A stretch of 64,000 nt of DNA from Klebsiella phage N1M2. Under the pieces are notes generated by a model. That model was given only the letters and a program-made list of their open reading frames with translations. It had not been told where the DNA came from and did no database searches. Both the position numbers and the translations under genes were made by a program. Positions 10,280 through 22,600 of this stretch are shown piece after piece (the first letter of the stretch is position 1; each line of letters starts with the position of its first letter). Where the stretch lies: the sequence record MN642089.1; one strand, given 5' to 3'.

Positions 10280-10755
10280 TGGAACAGCAAATTAGTTACG
10301 ATCCGATTGTTCAGTTGATCAGTTATGTAGCTGAAGAGTTACATCAGGAAATCGTTATTAACCAGGATAGTTCTGAGTTCTGGAAAAAGGCTCAGGATTA
10401 TATCTTTGACAATAGCGTAGCTTCTGTACGTGAAGGCATAAACAACTTATCTGAAGGTATCGGTGAATCACCAGACCTTTATAGTTATCTTAGTAGTTTG
10501 GTCTTCAGGACTTTCTCCCAACCTTTCACAGCTCCTGCCCTTGAAAGTTTCTCAAAAGGGTTTGATATGGTAGCTGGCGATGCTTTCTTCCGTGATGGCT
10601 TTGGTTTCAAAGCTAGTGAGATGACCAAGGTAGAACAACTACTATTGTTCATTACCGTTCATCGTAATCACATTCAGCTTGCCTTTATGGAAGCAGAAGA
10701 GGAAGCAGAGAAACAGCGTATTGAAGAAGCTCTACGGCAAAGAAAAAGGCAATAA
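10279..10755 (+). CDS. hypothetical protein (158 aa)
   Basis: Start overlaps the previous stop (taATG). Confidence 0.6.
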   Translation: MEQQISYDPIVQLISYVAEELHQEIVINQDSSEFWKKAQDYIFDNSVASVREGINNLSEGIGESPDLYSYLSSLVFRTFSQPFTAPALESFSKGFDMVAGDAFFRDGFGFKASEMTKVEQLLLFITVHRNHIQLAFMEAEEEAEKQRIEEALRQRKRQ

Positions 10756-10761
10756 CCGACG

Positions 10762-11490
10762 ATGAACATTGAAGTCTATACCGAAATGGATTCGTTGTTT
10801 GACGCTCGCCGTGGCATCATTATTAAATGTGCTTTGGAATCTGGCAATAAACGTTTCGACTGGAACAGGAACTTTAAAGAGATCTATGCTCGACGTCGAT
10901 TCGATTACTTTCATCAACCTGAATTAGGTATTACTGATGAAGGGTTTAAAGCCCGGTATGCTCAGCGGTCCATAGCTGACTTTGCTGATGAAACACAAGC
11001 ATACATCATTCCAAGTAATCTCATATACAACATCTTTAAGATAGTACGTGAGATTGAGTTCGGTGTAGGTCAGATCATCTCAGTGTCTAAGTTTAACTTA
11101 ACGGTTAATCTGTATCCTTATGTATTGACTCAAGATCTGACTGACGAACTAGCATCTGTAATCCGTGGAGCGGTTCCGTTTAACATTGGTCTATCCTTTG
11201 TAAACATACCGTATGAAAATTTAACTCCTGCGGTTTTACACGCTTATCAGTATTGCTTCATTTATGACTTCCTGACTGGTGAACATCGTAAAGCATATTG
11301 GGAAAATTATGTCCCAGCTGCAAATACGAATACCAAGTTCATAGTTCCAGATGTAATACTGAATAAGGAACTTCCAGAAGAAATGAGAAGCGAAAAGCCT
11401 ATCGATCTAATTGGAAAAATGAATGCTACTCAAGGTGGTAAAATAACCTGGGTCCCATACTCAAAAACCATATTCGATTATAAAGAATAA
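10762..11490 (+). CDS. hypothetical protein (242 aa)
   Basis: ORF followed by a strong hairpin terminator. Confidence 0.65.
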   Translation: MNIEVYTEMDSLFDARRGIIIKCALESGNKRFDWNRNFKEIYARRRFDYFHQPELGITDEGFKARYAQRSIADFADETQAYIIPSNLIYNIFKIVREIEFGVGQIISVSKFNLTVNLYPYVLTQDLTDELASVIRGAVPFNIGLSFVNIPYENLTPAVLHAYQYCFIYDFLTGEHRKAYWENYVPAANTNTKFIVPDVILNKELPEEMRSEKPIDLIGKMNATQGGKITWVPYSKTIFDYKE

Positions 11491-11496
11491 GGTCAC

Positions 11497-11523
11497 CCTA
11501 GGAGCCCCGCAAGGGCTCCTAGG
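11497..11523. terminator. bidirectional hairpin CCTAGGAGCCC-CGCAA-GGGCTCCTAGG
   Basis: Perfect 11-bp stem between convergent genes. Confidence 0.7.
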
Positions 11524-11538
11524 AGTGTTTGTTGTCTA

Positions 11539-12141
11539 TTAAGATTCTGGATCGAATTCTTCATCGTCATCTTCAGGAGCTTCGGTTGTATTTACCGTTA
11601 CTTCCATATCGTCGTCGTCAAAGGTAGATTCAATCTCCTTAGCGTTAACGATCTGACGACCTTGGTACAGTTCGTCTTCTTTGATCTCGTCATCTGGATC
11701 TTCTATACGGATAATAGGAGCCAATGGATCAAGTACGAATGCCTGATTACCATAAGTTGGAATCACAAGCTTGCCTGCAGCTACTTCATTAAGAGCGTTA
11801 ACGAAGGTTGCAAAGTTAGCTCGGTTGTCTTCCAATTCTCTGTCCTTGAGTCTCTCTTTGCGATCGTCACGAACGGTCTTCTCAAGTTGAGCAAGAATGG
11901 TATTGATGGAATCCAACAGTTTAGGGTTGTTAGGTTTATTAATAAAAGTCTGAGTAGCGATATCTAACAACAGGGTACGTTGCTTCTGAATAATACCAAC
12001 TAACTCATTCTCAGCTTCTTTGCTCTGAGGACCTTTAAGAACCTTATTGATTTCAGCAATCAAAGCGTCCTTATCGGTTACGGTTTTCAATTTCTCATCA
12101 GACGGCGGGGCCGGATGAATTTCATCATCATGGTCAAACAT
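11539..12141 (-). CDS. acidic hypothetical protein (200 aa)
   Basis: Asp/Glu-rich termini; ORF. Confidence 0.6.
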   Translation of the reverse strand: MFDHDDEIHPAPPSDEKLKTVTDKDALIAEINKVLKGPQSKEAENELVGIIQKQRTLLLDIATQTFINKPNNPKLLDSINTILAQLEKTVRDDRKERLKDRELEDNRANFATFVNALNEVAAGKLVIPTYGNQAFVLDPLAPIIRIEDPDDEIKEDELYQGRQIVNAKEIESTFDDDDMEVTVNTTEAPEDDDEEFDPES

Positions 12142-12250
12142 AATTACTCCATATTCTTTAGCGACTATTATATTTCAAACAAATATTATCAAAGTAGATA
12201 CGGTGGAAATCTAATTTAATAATATACGTTATAGTCTTGAGGTAAATAAG

Positions 12251-12802
12251 ATGTTCTTTGAAAAGCTATTAAACAAGATTCCTTTCTTCCGTAATCGTCG
12301 CATCAAGAAGATTAAGGAGGATCTCGCTGAGATTAAACATGACTTCACTGAGGGTCATTTTAATGAGCAATTTATCAGTGGTCTTCACAATATCCTAAAT
12401 AGTTCCTTAATCGACTTCTCAGACGATTTAGTGGCGACTTCATTAAATGATATTACGACGTATTCAAAAACGTCTATATCGGCTCTGAAGCTCGCAGAAA
12501 AACCGATTATATCGAAAGCAACTCTTGGACTTTCCCCGTTGTTAAGCATGTCAAGAACAACCGGGTATTTCTCAGAGTGGTATTCTAACGAAGACTCTTT
12601 GTTAGAATTTATTAGCGTGATGAAACTGTATTTGCAAGCCCACACTTGGCAAATTGCAAACCCTGACTACCAGAATCAGGAGAAGGTTTCTGAACTTATT
12701 AATAGCATGAATCCTGAGTTTTTGGACTCACTATTATATAGACTATTATTAGAAGATCTGGTCAGTATAATAACATTCTACGTAGAGAGCAAATATGATT
12801 GA
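12251..12802 (+). CDS. hypothetical protein (183 aa)
   Basis: RBS GAGG 8 nt upstream of ATG. Confidence 0.6.
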   Translation: MFFEKLLNKIPFFRNRRIKKIKEDLAEIKHDFTEGHFNEQFISGLHNILNSSLIDFSDDLVATSLNDITTYSKTSISALKLAEKPIISKATLGLSPLLSMSRTTGYFSEWYSNEDSLLEFISVMKLYLQAHTWQIANPDYQNQEKVSELINSMNPEFLDSLLYRLLLEDLVSIITFYVESKYD

Positions 12803-13205
12803 GAAGAATAAGGGCCTGTCGTTCAGCAAGAATAAGAACTTTGTTCCTGCTGAACAGTTAACGGATGTACCAAGCCGTCTTTTCAGAAAGATCGTGGATG
12901 TACTGAACATTAACAATGCAAAGTGGAAAACGTATTTAGATGATTACTTACGTTGGCAGCACCCTGACGATTCCGGTCCGGCAGCTGAAGTTAAACGTCA
13001 GCGCTCGACCGCCTTGGGGAATTTGCAAAGTACCTTGTTTTACTCCAAGAACTTAACTTGGAACAAATTGTTGGTAGCTCTAAAGATCTGTCGAGTTACG
13101 AAGATCCGTGTGATCTTTGAAATAGAAACAGAATCTGGTGAGCAACACACCATCACTGAAACTACAGTTCTTCGTAAATCACCAAAGGGCACTGTAGACG
13201 AATAA
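12795..13205 (+). CDS. hypothetical protein (136 aa)
   Basis: 8-nt overlap with upstream gene; followed by terminator. Confidence 0.6.
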   Translation: MIEKNKGLSFSKNKNFVPAEQLTDVPSRLFRKIVDVLNINNAKWKTYLDDYLRWQHPDDSGPAAEVKRQRSTALGNLQSTLFYSKNLTWNKLLVALKICRVTKIRVIFEIETESGEQHTITETTVLRKSPKGTVDE

Positions 13206-13212
13206 CGGATGT

Positions 13213-13238
13213 GTTACCTTACCTTCGGGTAAGGTAAC
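13213..13238 (+). terminator. rho-independent terminator GTTACCTTACC-TTCG-GGTAAGGTAAC + T-run
   Basis: Perfect 11-bp stem followed by ctctttt. Confidence 0.75.
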
Positions 13239-13274
13239 CTCTTTTAAATAATTTATTTTTTTTTAGGATTAATT

Positions 13275-14390
13275 ATGTCAACTTTAGTTCAAAGAGCAAG
13301 TTTGTTTGAAGGGGTAGACCTAAATAACAAACTACAAGAAGCTAGCCGTTCAATGACAGAAACGGTATCTGGTTTAACTAACCAATTAGTCAATCCATTT
13401 AAAGTAGTCACTGAAGCTACTGAATCCGGTGTTGCGTTAATTAGTGAGAAACAGTCGCAGATTGCTTCTAATATTAGTGCTTATAAATCTCAGGCTCTAA
13501 CCGGCATCAACAATGCTATCAAAGGTCTTACCGGTGGATTGTTAAATATCGGTGACATCGGTAGTATCGTTACCTATCAAGATGGGTTTAAAGTTAATAC
13601 TGATGAGTTACTACGTTTAGGTAGTAAAGGTCTTGGCTTTAACATCAACTCCATGCGTGATTTGAAACAGCAAATCGGTAATGGGTTTATTGATGAACTT
13701 GATAAAATGACCGGTGGGTTGGCTTCTGGTTTATTTTACGCTGATGGAACCAAGTTACACATTGCTGATGGTTGGGAAATGAATATGGGGATGTCTCTCA
13801 TTGACTTCCTCGGAAAAGACGACCCTGATGGATTTGGGACCATTGTTAACGTAGCAGCCATGAATAGCATCCTTAATACGATGCTTGATAAAACCATTGG
13901 GTATGGAATGTGGCAAGGTTATGGTAATTACGGAAACATGTATCTGTTCCAATCCGATTACCATGACCAACTTATCGATTCATTAGGTTTGGCAATCGGG
14001 CGTGGTGATTGTAAATCTATTCAAGTCATCTTTGATATCATCAAACAAGAAGGTATCAATAAAGTTAAAGCTAAGTATCCTGAATTGATTGAACAGATGC
14101 TTTCTAACTTTACATTTAGCTCTGACGAAGATGCTAGTAATTATCAAGAGATCAAAGTCCTGTTACTTCAAGTTATCGAAACTGTAGGCGGTAAAGACTG
14201 GTACCAGTATCCGACTTCATTTGGTCCAGCAACCAACTTAGCTTTAGTTAACTTTATTTCTGATGACGCCAAACTTCTATTAGGTGAAGAAACTAATTTG
14301 GTTCCTTTATTATGTTCATCCGGAATCTTCATTGATCAATCAGCTCCTGATGTCTTCATGCAAGATTTCCCTAAAGCAGTTAAATTCTAA
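13275..14390 (+). CDS. hypothetical protein (371 aa)
   Basis: Long ORF. Confidence 0.7.
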   Translation: MSTLVQRASLFEGVDLNNKLQEASRSMTETVSGLTNQLVNPFKVVTEATESGVALISEKQSQIASNISAYKSQALTGINNAIKGLTGGLLNIGDIGSIVTYQDGFKVNTDELLRLGSKGLGFNINSMRDLKQQIGNGFIDELDKMTGGLASGLFYADGTKLHIADGWEMNMGMSLIDFLGKDDPDGFGTIVNVAAMNSILNTMLDKTIGYGMWQGYGNYGNMYLFQSDYHDQLIDSLGLAIGRGDCKSIQVIFDIIKQEGINKVKAKYPELIEQMLSNFTFSSDEDASNYQEIKVLLLQVIETVGGKDWYQYPTSFGPATNLALVNFISDDAKLLLGEETNLVPLLCSSGIFIDQSAPDVFMQDFPKAVKF

Positions 14391-14400
14391 ACAAGCATAA

Positions 14401-14431
14401 CCCTTACCCCTCCTCACGGAGTGGGTAAGGG
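14401..14431. terminator. bidirectional hairpin of the CCCTTACCC...GGGTAAGGG family
   Basis: Stem CCCTTACCCCTCC/GGAGTGGGTAAGGG; flanked by a T-run; between convergent genes. Confidence 0.7.
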
Positions 14432-14448
14432 AATATGTATTATTTTTT

Positions 14449-16653
14449 TTATCTGTTCAGAGGTCTACCGGTAAAGATACGTGCAATATCACCAACAATA
14501 CTATCGTTAACAACGCCAGCGATAGTTGCAGGTTTGAACATGTTCTCAGCATCTGTAGCAAGACGAGTCATACGACGGTTTAAGTCATTATAACGAAGAA
14601 CAGTGTCCAAGTAATCAACACCAGCAACACGGTTAACCCAGTCATTGTATTTACCAATGTCTCCCAGATAACGGGCAGAGACACCAGCAACGTTTAACAA
14701 CGCCAGAGGATTTGTAACACGTGCAATAGGAACACTCATGACTTTATCCAAGTCAGCGATAGTGAGATCAACACGGACGTTACGTGGCTTCATATCGGTA
14801 GTCCAACCTAATGGACCATTACCAAATGTGAAGGAAGCGTTCTGAACAATTCCTGTACGAATAATAGATCTACCACGACTGAAACACTTAACCAAGAAAG
14901 GAGAAGTATAAGTCGAACCACCTGTTGAGAAAGGAACAACGAATGGCATGATCAGAGCTAATGGTAAAAACACATTAGTCGCAATGGAGTATGGGTGTGC
15001 GTATGGCGCTTCAAAGTAGAAACTGAATTGTTCACTATGAAGATTGGTATCAGAATCAGACCAGTGCTCAGGGATATCTACTTTTGCGTTACCCAACAGA
15101 GCAAGAGGTACGTTACCAATGACAGACCCAGCGGCCAGGCCAGCGGCAGCATCCTTGATCCCACCAACAAAGCTATCGATAATGTCGACACCTGTATTAC
15201 CTCCAGCAATGTTAAACTTAAAGTCCTGAACTGCTTGGACAGTGTTGTTGAAAGTGGAAGCTATGGCAGATTGCGTTGTTTGGTTACTGAAAGTATCACT
15301 AACTGTCCCGATTCCTTCAGTACGGAATGTAACCCCATCCATACCGCCGTAGAACCCATCCATAAGCAGTTGACCGATCTGACCAAGCCAACTGGACTCA
15401 TCCAAGTCAGGTGCATCAGAAATCGATTGTGGGACGGTTCCTTGCATATCAGGTCCAGTGGTTCCACTTTCGCCATTAGTGACACCAAATGAACTCATCC
15501 CTTCTGTTTGGACTTGTGCTCTTAACTTATCGATATAAGAACCTTCAGTCCCAACACCTGCAGCAGCAGTTGCTGTAGCATCGGTAGGTTTGATGTTCAC
15601 GCCTGCCTGAACACTGGTATATGCAGAAGCTACTTCAGGATAGGATATCTCATCAACACCACGGTCCTTAGCAACAGTCTTGAGTTCTTCCATTAGGTAT
15701 TGACTTGTTGTCATCCCACTTGTGTATCCACCATTGGCGTTTACAAATGAGGAGTCCTTCATCAAGTCATTAAGGATATCTTCAATAGCCGAGTCTTTCT
15801 GTTCAACACTACGAATAGCAATGTTGTTATCCAGGTCCTTCACCTTCTTCATAAAGTAACGGAACTTACGAACACCACGAGTTGAAACTTTAAGGATATC
15901 GATTGTTCCATCTTTATTGATAGCGTCAGGGAAGAGACTATTCAGATAAGATGCGTTGTTTCTAGCAGCTGTTGAATCCTTGATATACCCTTTCTCTCCA
16001 CCACCATTAAAGTCACGGTCACCTTTCTTAGTGTTACCTTGATCTTGGCGATCGTTAGGAAGAACAGTTAAAGCATAACCTGCTGCAATCATCAAGTCAT
16101 TAAAGATACCTTGAGCTGCAGTGAAGTACATGCCCTGAGCTGGCTTACAATAATACCATTTGTTCTTTGGTGTGTTCGTTAAGAACTCAAAGAAGTTAAA
16201 TGATGTTGCGATGATCTGAGCTGGCCAGAATGCAATAGCGCCCGCAGCTTGTCCAATATAGAAAGCCCAGGTTGGAGCACGACCTTTGTTAGCCATGATT
16301 GCTGCTGAATAATCAAACATGTTCAGAATGAAAGTAATCATACCTGTAAATTCAGCGACACCTGCAGTGAGTGTTACTGATAAGGCATTGTCATTATGAA
16401 TACGTTTGTAATAACGCCCTTGGTTACCTAAACGGTTTTCCATTAGAGGTTTAGGATGAGGATCGGTATTTAAACCGAACCCAGGCAATGGGTTAATAAA
16501 TTTATTATCACCAATTGCTGTAGAAAAGAAGCTAGTGTAGAGATCATAGTCAGACCTGATTAATACCTTCTCAGGATCTTTGATCCCGTCGCTCATAATA
16601 CGAAATGAACGACTAACTATGTTTGCGTCCTTATAAGGAACTGATACGCTCAT
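14449..16653 (-). CDS. large hypothetical protein (734 aa), possibly a virion structural protein
   Basis: Long ORF in the block with the giant virion protein; no diagnostic motif. Confidence 0.7.
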   Translation of the reverse strand: MSVSVPYKDANIVSRSFRIMSDGIKDPEKVLIRSDYDLYTSFFSTAIGDNKFINPLPGFGLNTDPHPKPLMENRLGNQGRYYKRIHNDNALSVTLTAGVAEFTGMITFILNMFDYSAAIMANKGRAPTWAFYIGQAAGAIAFWPAQIIATSFNFFEFLTNTPKNKWYYCKPAQGMYFTAAQGIFNDLMIAAGYALTVLPNDRQDQGNTKKGDRDFNGGGEKGYIKDSTAARNNASYLNSLFPDAINKDGTIDILKVSTRGVRKFRYFMKKVKDLDNNIAIRSVEQKDSAIEDILNDLMKDSSFVNANGGYTSGMTTSQYLMEELKTVAKDRGVDEISYPEVASAYTSVQAGVNIKPTDATATAAAGVGTEGSYIDKLRAQVQTEGMSSFGVTNGESGTTGPDMQGTVPQSISDAPDLDESSWLGQIGQLLMDGFYGGMDGVTFRTEGIGTVSDTFSNQTTQSAIASTFNNTVQAVQDFKFNIAGGNTGVDIIDSFVGGIKDAAAGLAAGSVIGNVPLALLGNAKVDIPEHWSDSDTNLHSEQFSFYFEAPYAHPYSIATNVFLPLALIMPFVVPFSTGGSTYTSPFLVKCFSRGRSIIRTGIVQNASFTFGNGPLGWTTDMKPRNVRVDLTIADLDKVMSVPIARVTNPLALLNVAGVSARYLGDIGKYNDWVNRVAGVDYLDTVLRYNDLNRRMTRLATDAENMFKPATIAGVVNDSIVGDIARIFTGRPLNR

Positions 16654-16670
16654 GTTTACCTCTAAAAGTA

Positions 16671-16688
16671 AGGGGACCGAAGTCCCCT
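16671..16688 (-). terminator. hairpin AGGGGAC-CGAA-GTCCCCT downstream of giant gene
   Basis: GC stem with a T-rich tail on the minus strand after the stop at 16693. Confidence 0.55.
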
Positions 16689-16692
16689 CATC

Positions 16693-19600
16693 TTAATTCA
16701 TTCTCACCATTGGGGAATTACTAGAGCTGCGTTCCAACAACTGAGCAATCTTGTTAAGCGTTTGGTTAGCTATAGCAAGTTGACCTGCTGCGGTAGCATC
16801 TGTAGTATTGATATGATCAGGCATTGCAGGAGCTTGAACAACTTGAGGCATGGCCTGCTTATCAACTGGTTTAGCCGCTTCTTTAACTGGTGCTGGTTGA
16901 GCACTATTAGAAGAAGGACTAGAAGATGAAGTAGGAGCCCTAGGTTGATCGATAGATGGAGCACTAGAGTTAACTGTATTCACCGGACCATCATTAGTAT
17001 CACCTGCAGCCACACCAGGATCGAGCGTTGAAGCTGTCTTCATTGGCGGTGGAGTACCTGCATTAGATGGTGCGGTATTGCGTGCATCTGATTTCAACAA
17101 GTCGCTAACGGTATTCTGACCAGGAGGTGTTGCGATTGGAGTATCTGTAGCTACGGCTCCTTGAGGAACACCTTTATCTGCTGCCGCAGGTGGTTCATTA
17201 GTTGGTGCTGGAGGAGTTGCAGCTGCTTGTTCGGCTTCTGCCCCATCTAGCGCTAAATCACCATTGCGGAGTTTATTCAGATATTCCTGATAGTATCTAC
17301 GACGTTCATCTGTAGCTGGTACAGCATTACCGCCATTGATACCACGAACCGCTGTATCGAAATCACCCGTCTTAGCAATAGACAACATTGCCTTGTTGTT
17401 CTTAAGGAATCTAACAGCTGATTCAGCCATTACATTAGGATCCTCAGAAACCAACTGCGGATTACTAACAACATCGATACCCGTTTCTTTCTTGAACCGT
17501 TCGTAGTTTGCTTTACCAGTTAACTGGAAGAAACCACGCCCACGATATTTCCAACCATCCTCAGGTGTAGTGTTTCCTAATTGTGGACCTTTAGGTGCAC
17601 GACCATATACCCACATCGCTCGTTCAGCAGGAGACATTGCTGCAACCTTCTGAGCTGTAGCGGCATCAGGAATGTTCTTAAAGTATTTCAGCAAGGTAGG
17701 TGCGGACCAGTTGGTGTTTTCCACCGTGTTCTGGTAGTTACCTGTTTCTTTCTTAACCATTGCCAAAGCAAGTGCGATAGTTTTAATATCAGTTATCCCA
17801 GCTTTAAGTAGGTGGTTAAGCATGAGCTTCTCACCTTGCTCTGGGGACATCTTAATACCTTTATCTTCACCGGCCTTCTTCAAGAACTCTGGGTTAAAGT
17901 TAGCATCAGCTTTACCCATGAACTGACCTGCTGACCCAGCACCGCCACCATCAACACTCATGGTAGGGTTAGGATAGACACTAGTGGGTCCGCCAGTTCT
18001 TACACCGTTCATAGATGGGGTGAATGAAGACCCACCAATACCTTTGTTATTACCGAAAACTTCTTGGATAGCAGATTGAGCAGCTTGTCTACTTCTAGCA
18101 GCTTGTGCCATCTGAACTGGATCATCACCGCTAGTACCGCGAGATTTCTCTTCTTCCAACTCAGGATCTTTCAGTCTAGCTTCCTGTGCTTTCATATCCA
18201 AGATTTTCAGATATCTATCAGCACGGTCAGACCATTTACCTGAAGTAGAGTTAGGGAATGGAGAAGCCTGAACTTCCCAAACAGTTTTAAGTTGTTCATC
18301 AACTGTCACCATTTGTTCGGTTAGTTTTCTAGCGACTTTGGCACGATTAGTAGCCGATAATTGTTTCCAACCTCTTTCCGGAACCACACCAGTTAATTTC
18401 TTAACCTCAATAGTGTATGTCATTAACGTAGGGAGGAATCGATCACGGAACCAAGTCATCCAATTCATCTCAGCCAGTTTAGTAGAGATTCTGAATGCTG
18501 GTTTAAACAGTTCTAACAGTTGAGAAGACTTACCAGTGAATCTGGCTTGATCCCCAATTACCATGATGTAGGATTCGACATAACGTTCCAGACGCAATAC
18601 CGCTTCCACACGCCAAGGCATGTTATCAATGTTACCATAAACCGCAAGACGAGTCATGACGAATGGATCCATTTCCTTATCGCCACCAGGCATCAAGTCA
18701 GAGATATCAATCGTCTTAACTTGCTCTGGTTGAGAGAAACGTTTCTCAATGTCATCCATAGAAGCACGAGCTGCTATTTTAGACATCGCGTCTTGAGCAG
18801 TTATTTCAGCACTTGGACCAGTTTCTTTAGGAACGCCTGGTGCTTGAGCTTTAGCATTAGCCTCTACCGTCGGTGCAATTTTCTCAACCGTAGTTGAAGG
18901 CTTAGGATAAGATTTTTCCATATCCTTAAGCACTGCATCGATTTTGTGTCTCGTTGATTCCGGACCCATTGTGCCGTATTTAGAATCGACACGGACATCG
19001 ATGGTAAATGGATTCGGCGAGAACGTATTCAGTGTTTGCTGAACTCTTTCCAATACCTGTACAACTTCATATCCCTTGGCATTATCGAATGACTCGATAT
19101 CACCCATTCTTGCCACAGAGACTGCCGCGTTAGTGACAAGGAACACTGGTTTGAAACGAGCTACGAACCAAGTCTGAATAGCGCCTGCGTCGTGGTTAGT
19201 TCCTGAGTCGGTGTTCATGAAGTCAGTTAAGATCTTCTCAATAGGTGCATCTTTCTTCAGAGAAGCACGATTATCTCGGATGGTGACGTAAGGATAAAGA
19301 ACTTGTTCTAACCAACCCAGACGACGTCCAAATGAAGATTGTTGATCAGCACAACCATACATAGCAAAACGAACGGCACGTGGTTGTGTAGCATACTGGG
19401 TTTTCAGTTCCCCGTATCCATCAGGAGTTTTAGAAACACCCTTGATCTTATCTTCATAAGCTTCCATCTCGTCTCGTTTAAAGAAGAACTTCTTATCACT
19501 TGACCAGAATAATCCATAGTTGTCCAGACCTTCTCTGGTTTCCTTATCCATAGGTAAGGAATCGGTAGCAGCTTTGGCCAACATACCAGATGGTAACCAT

Positions 19601-22600
19601 TGGGTCAGTACATCAACTACGGCATCGCCTTGAGTACGATAGTGACCTGTTACTGAATCACGCTCGCCCATACTGACATCAGCCGCTGAGGTTGGTGTCG
19701 CATCTTGAGTATCATCTCCAAACATATCCGCTAAGAGATAACTACCAACTGCCGCAGTAGGGGAACCAAATGCGAATCTTCCCATGCGACCAAGTCGACC
19801 GCCACGACCAGCTCTCGCACCACCTCTTCTACGTCTAGTAGATTGACCACGTTGTTCAACGTCTAAGTCATCAGCAGGAGATCCCCCGAACAACCCTCTT
19901 CTCATTCCACCTGCGGCCTTGCCCATAACAAATGCTTGTGCAAGTTTAGTGAAACCTAATTTGAGAAGTTTGTAGATTGGCGAGGCTACTCCTAACACAC
20001 CACTAAACATGGCGCTACCAATTTTACCTAAACGCTTGATTGAAGCTGCGGTAGTTCCCAATGCAAACTTACCTACACCACCAAGAATATCACCAATAGC
20101 ACCAAGCGGGTTCTTGAAGAGTTTGACGGCAAAGCCACCGGCACCCATTACCAAACCTTTCAGTTTATCAAATAGACCACCACCTTCTTTCTTGCCAGCA
20201 CCTTCTTCTTTACTACCACCGAGTGTCTCAGAGATATTAATGATTGCTTCATTAACACGGTGCTTCTCTTGTTTCTCTTTCTGCTTTTCTTTCCAAGCCA
20301 AAGAGTTTAGACGCAAACTGTTATCTGAACTTTCACCCGTTACACCTAAAGGTTCATCGGGGTCTACTTCTGCAGGGATATCAAACTGTTTACAGAGTAA
20401 ACGATAAATTTTGTCCAGACGACGCTCTACACCATTCGGCCCAGATTTTCTTCCAGCAGCACCATTGCCTTCTCGATTAGGACCTTGAGAATAACCGAAC
20501 CTTCCGAGGAGGTTATTGATCCCAGCTCTAGCCAACCCTGCCGCACCGCCAACCATATTAGCAGCCATACCGCCCACGTTACGTACAGCAGCACCTGAGG
20601 CAGTGACCAGACCGGACTGATATTCCTCTTCACTAACCAGTTGATTACCTTGGTTATCATAAACAGCTCCATCAATCTCATTCCAACCAGTAATTGGTTT
20701 GAAACTACCATTGGCATCGCGAACGAAGTAATCACCGGTTTTAAATTTACTAGCTCTTAATACAGGGTTCTTTAAATCAGATTTAAGGAACACATCCTGT
20801 TGATAGAGAAACTCTTTACCCAACTGAATGGTCGATCTAATACGCTCCATTGGGTTAAGCATGTTGTAAGCACCCACAGCCGCGTCTCTAACGCTACGCA
20901 AGCCTTTTAGTGCCACTGCTCTACCATCAGACCCAAAGATCTTCCCTGCTAACTCTCTGGCTCCCACAACGGACTTATTAATAGCATCCATTACTGGACC
21001 GCGGATATCTTCCCAAGTTTTAATAACTTTCTTGGTAGCCATGTCCACGTATTCACCAGCGCGCAGTTTGGCTGCCTTCAGAATAGGCTCACCGCGTTCG
21101 TCAAGGATATCTTCTTCATCCGAAGGAGCATCCCCTTCTGGAGCGGCACCTGATCTTTGACGATGTTGTAACCACGCACCACCCAACAATCCCAATCCAG
21201 CAACTGACGCCGCCATAATTGGGTTCTGCATGAATGAAGACGCAACACCACCCAATAACCCACCAAGGATAAGAGGGTTGTTCTTGAAGAGGAATTCTGC
21301 AGATCTACCCAATACGTCATTTGGTACCAGTTTCTTAATACGATCAAGAACTGAACGTTTGGCTACTTCTTCTTGTTGCTCTACACGAGGGCTAGGGGCA
21401 CCAGAGAACAACTTACCTGCTTTAGCTAAATCAAGCATGGTTGTGAGAAGCATCGACATTTCTGTCGTTTTATCGAGAATCCCTTGGTTACTGGTTTTGA
21501 TGTCACTAAAGACACCAGTCTCAGAATCCCAATTAACCGTAGTGGAGTTTTTGAGTTGGTCGAGGTTACTTAAGCGTTCATTCAAAGTTCCTAATGTATT
21601 ATTAAGATCTTCATATGGATTAGCTGTAGGGCCAGCGCCAGCTCGTATTCCTCCCAGTGTTGGAGAAGGACCATTACCACTAGGGGTAGCACCTTTCAAT
21701 ACCGGGTTGTCTGGATTATCCATATACATTCCGATACGATCATGGAATGCTTGGATGTTAATCTTATCGATACCATTATCGGTATAGATAACTCCTAAGT
21801 CACGGAGCATTTGTTCGTTACCAGTGGCACGTAACAAATTAATACGTTCAGTGATATTAGGAATGTTTTCTTTTAAGTCCTGTGCTTTAGAACTAGCTGC
21901 GTTTAAACGTTCACGACCTTCTGCGGTATTAAGACGCCCCAGCATTTTGGTTCTGGTTAAACCATCCCCACTTTGGAACTGTCTAACTTCATCATCGGTA
22001 ATCCCGAAGTGACGTTTCATTACCGCATGGATTTCTTTCAGGTTCTCTGGAGAAACCCCTGGGATATCACCTAAGTAATAAAGAGGTTGGAAACCATACT
22101 CTTTGTCAACGTCGACAACGATCTGTTTAGCCAGCGCTTTACGAGCACCTGGTGATAACAGTTTGTCTGGATCCAAAGAGTCAACCATATTCAATGCAGC
22201 TGAAGTAAAGCTACGGAACTCAGAGTGAGGCATTAAGTCAGAAGCGACTGAAATTCTTCTGTCGGAGTCTTTTTGGAATTGGCCTCGAGTATAGTTGTAT
22301 CCAACTGACTCTACATCGTCACGACCGGTTCTCATCTTTTCCAAGATAAGGTTAGTCTGAGAAATCAACCCTGGCAATACTTCATTCAGGGTGATGTTGT
22401 TCATCTCTTTCCAAATACCTGGTTTATCCAGATCTTTAGGATTTCTTCTATTGATGGTATACTGAGTCCCGCGAGAGCGAGTGGTCTCTGACATCAATCG
22501 GTTAAGAGATTGTTTTGCTTTGTTCTCTGCAGCGTTCTTAGCCACCCAAACTGCTTTAGGTATTGGCTTGCGACCAGGAGGTAAACTATCTACATATTCC

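Noticed and set aside
20009-21787. Several 100-185-aa + strand ORFs inside the giant minus-strand gene
   Set aside because: Antisense shadow frames of a 7.2-kb ORF; they have no independent signals and a Pro/Ser/Leu-rich composition.
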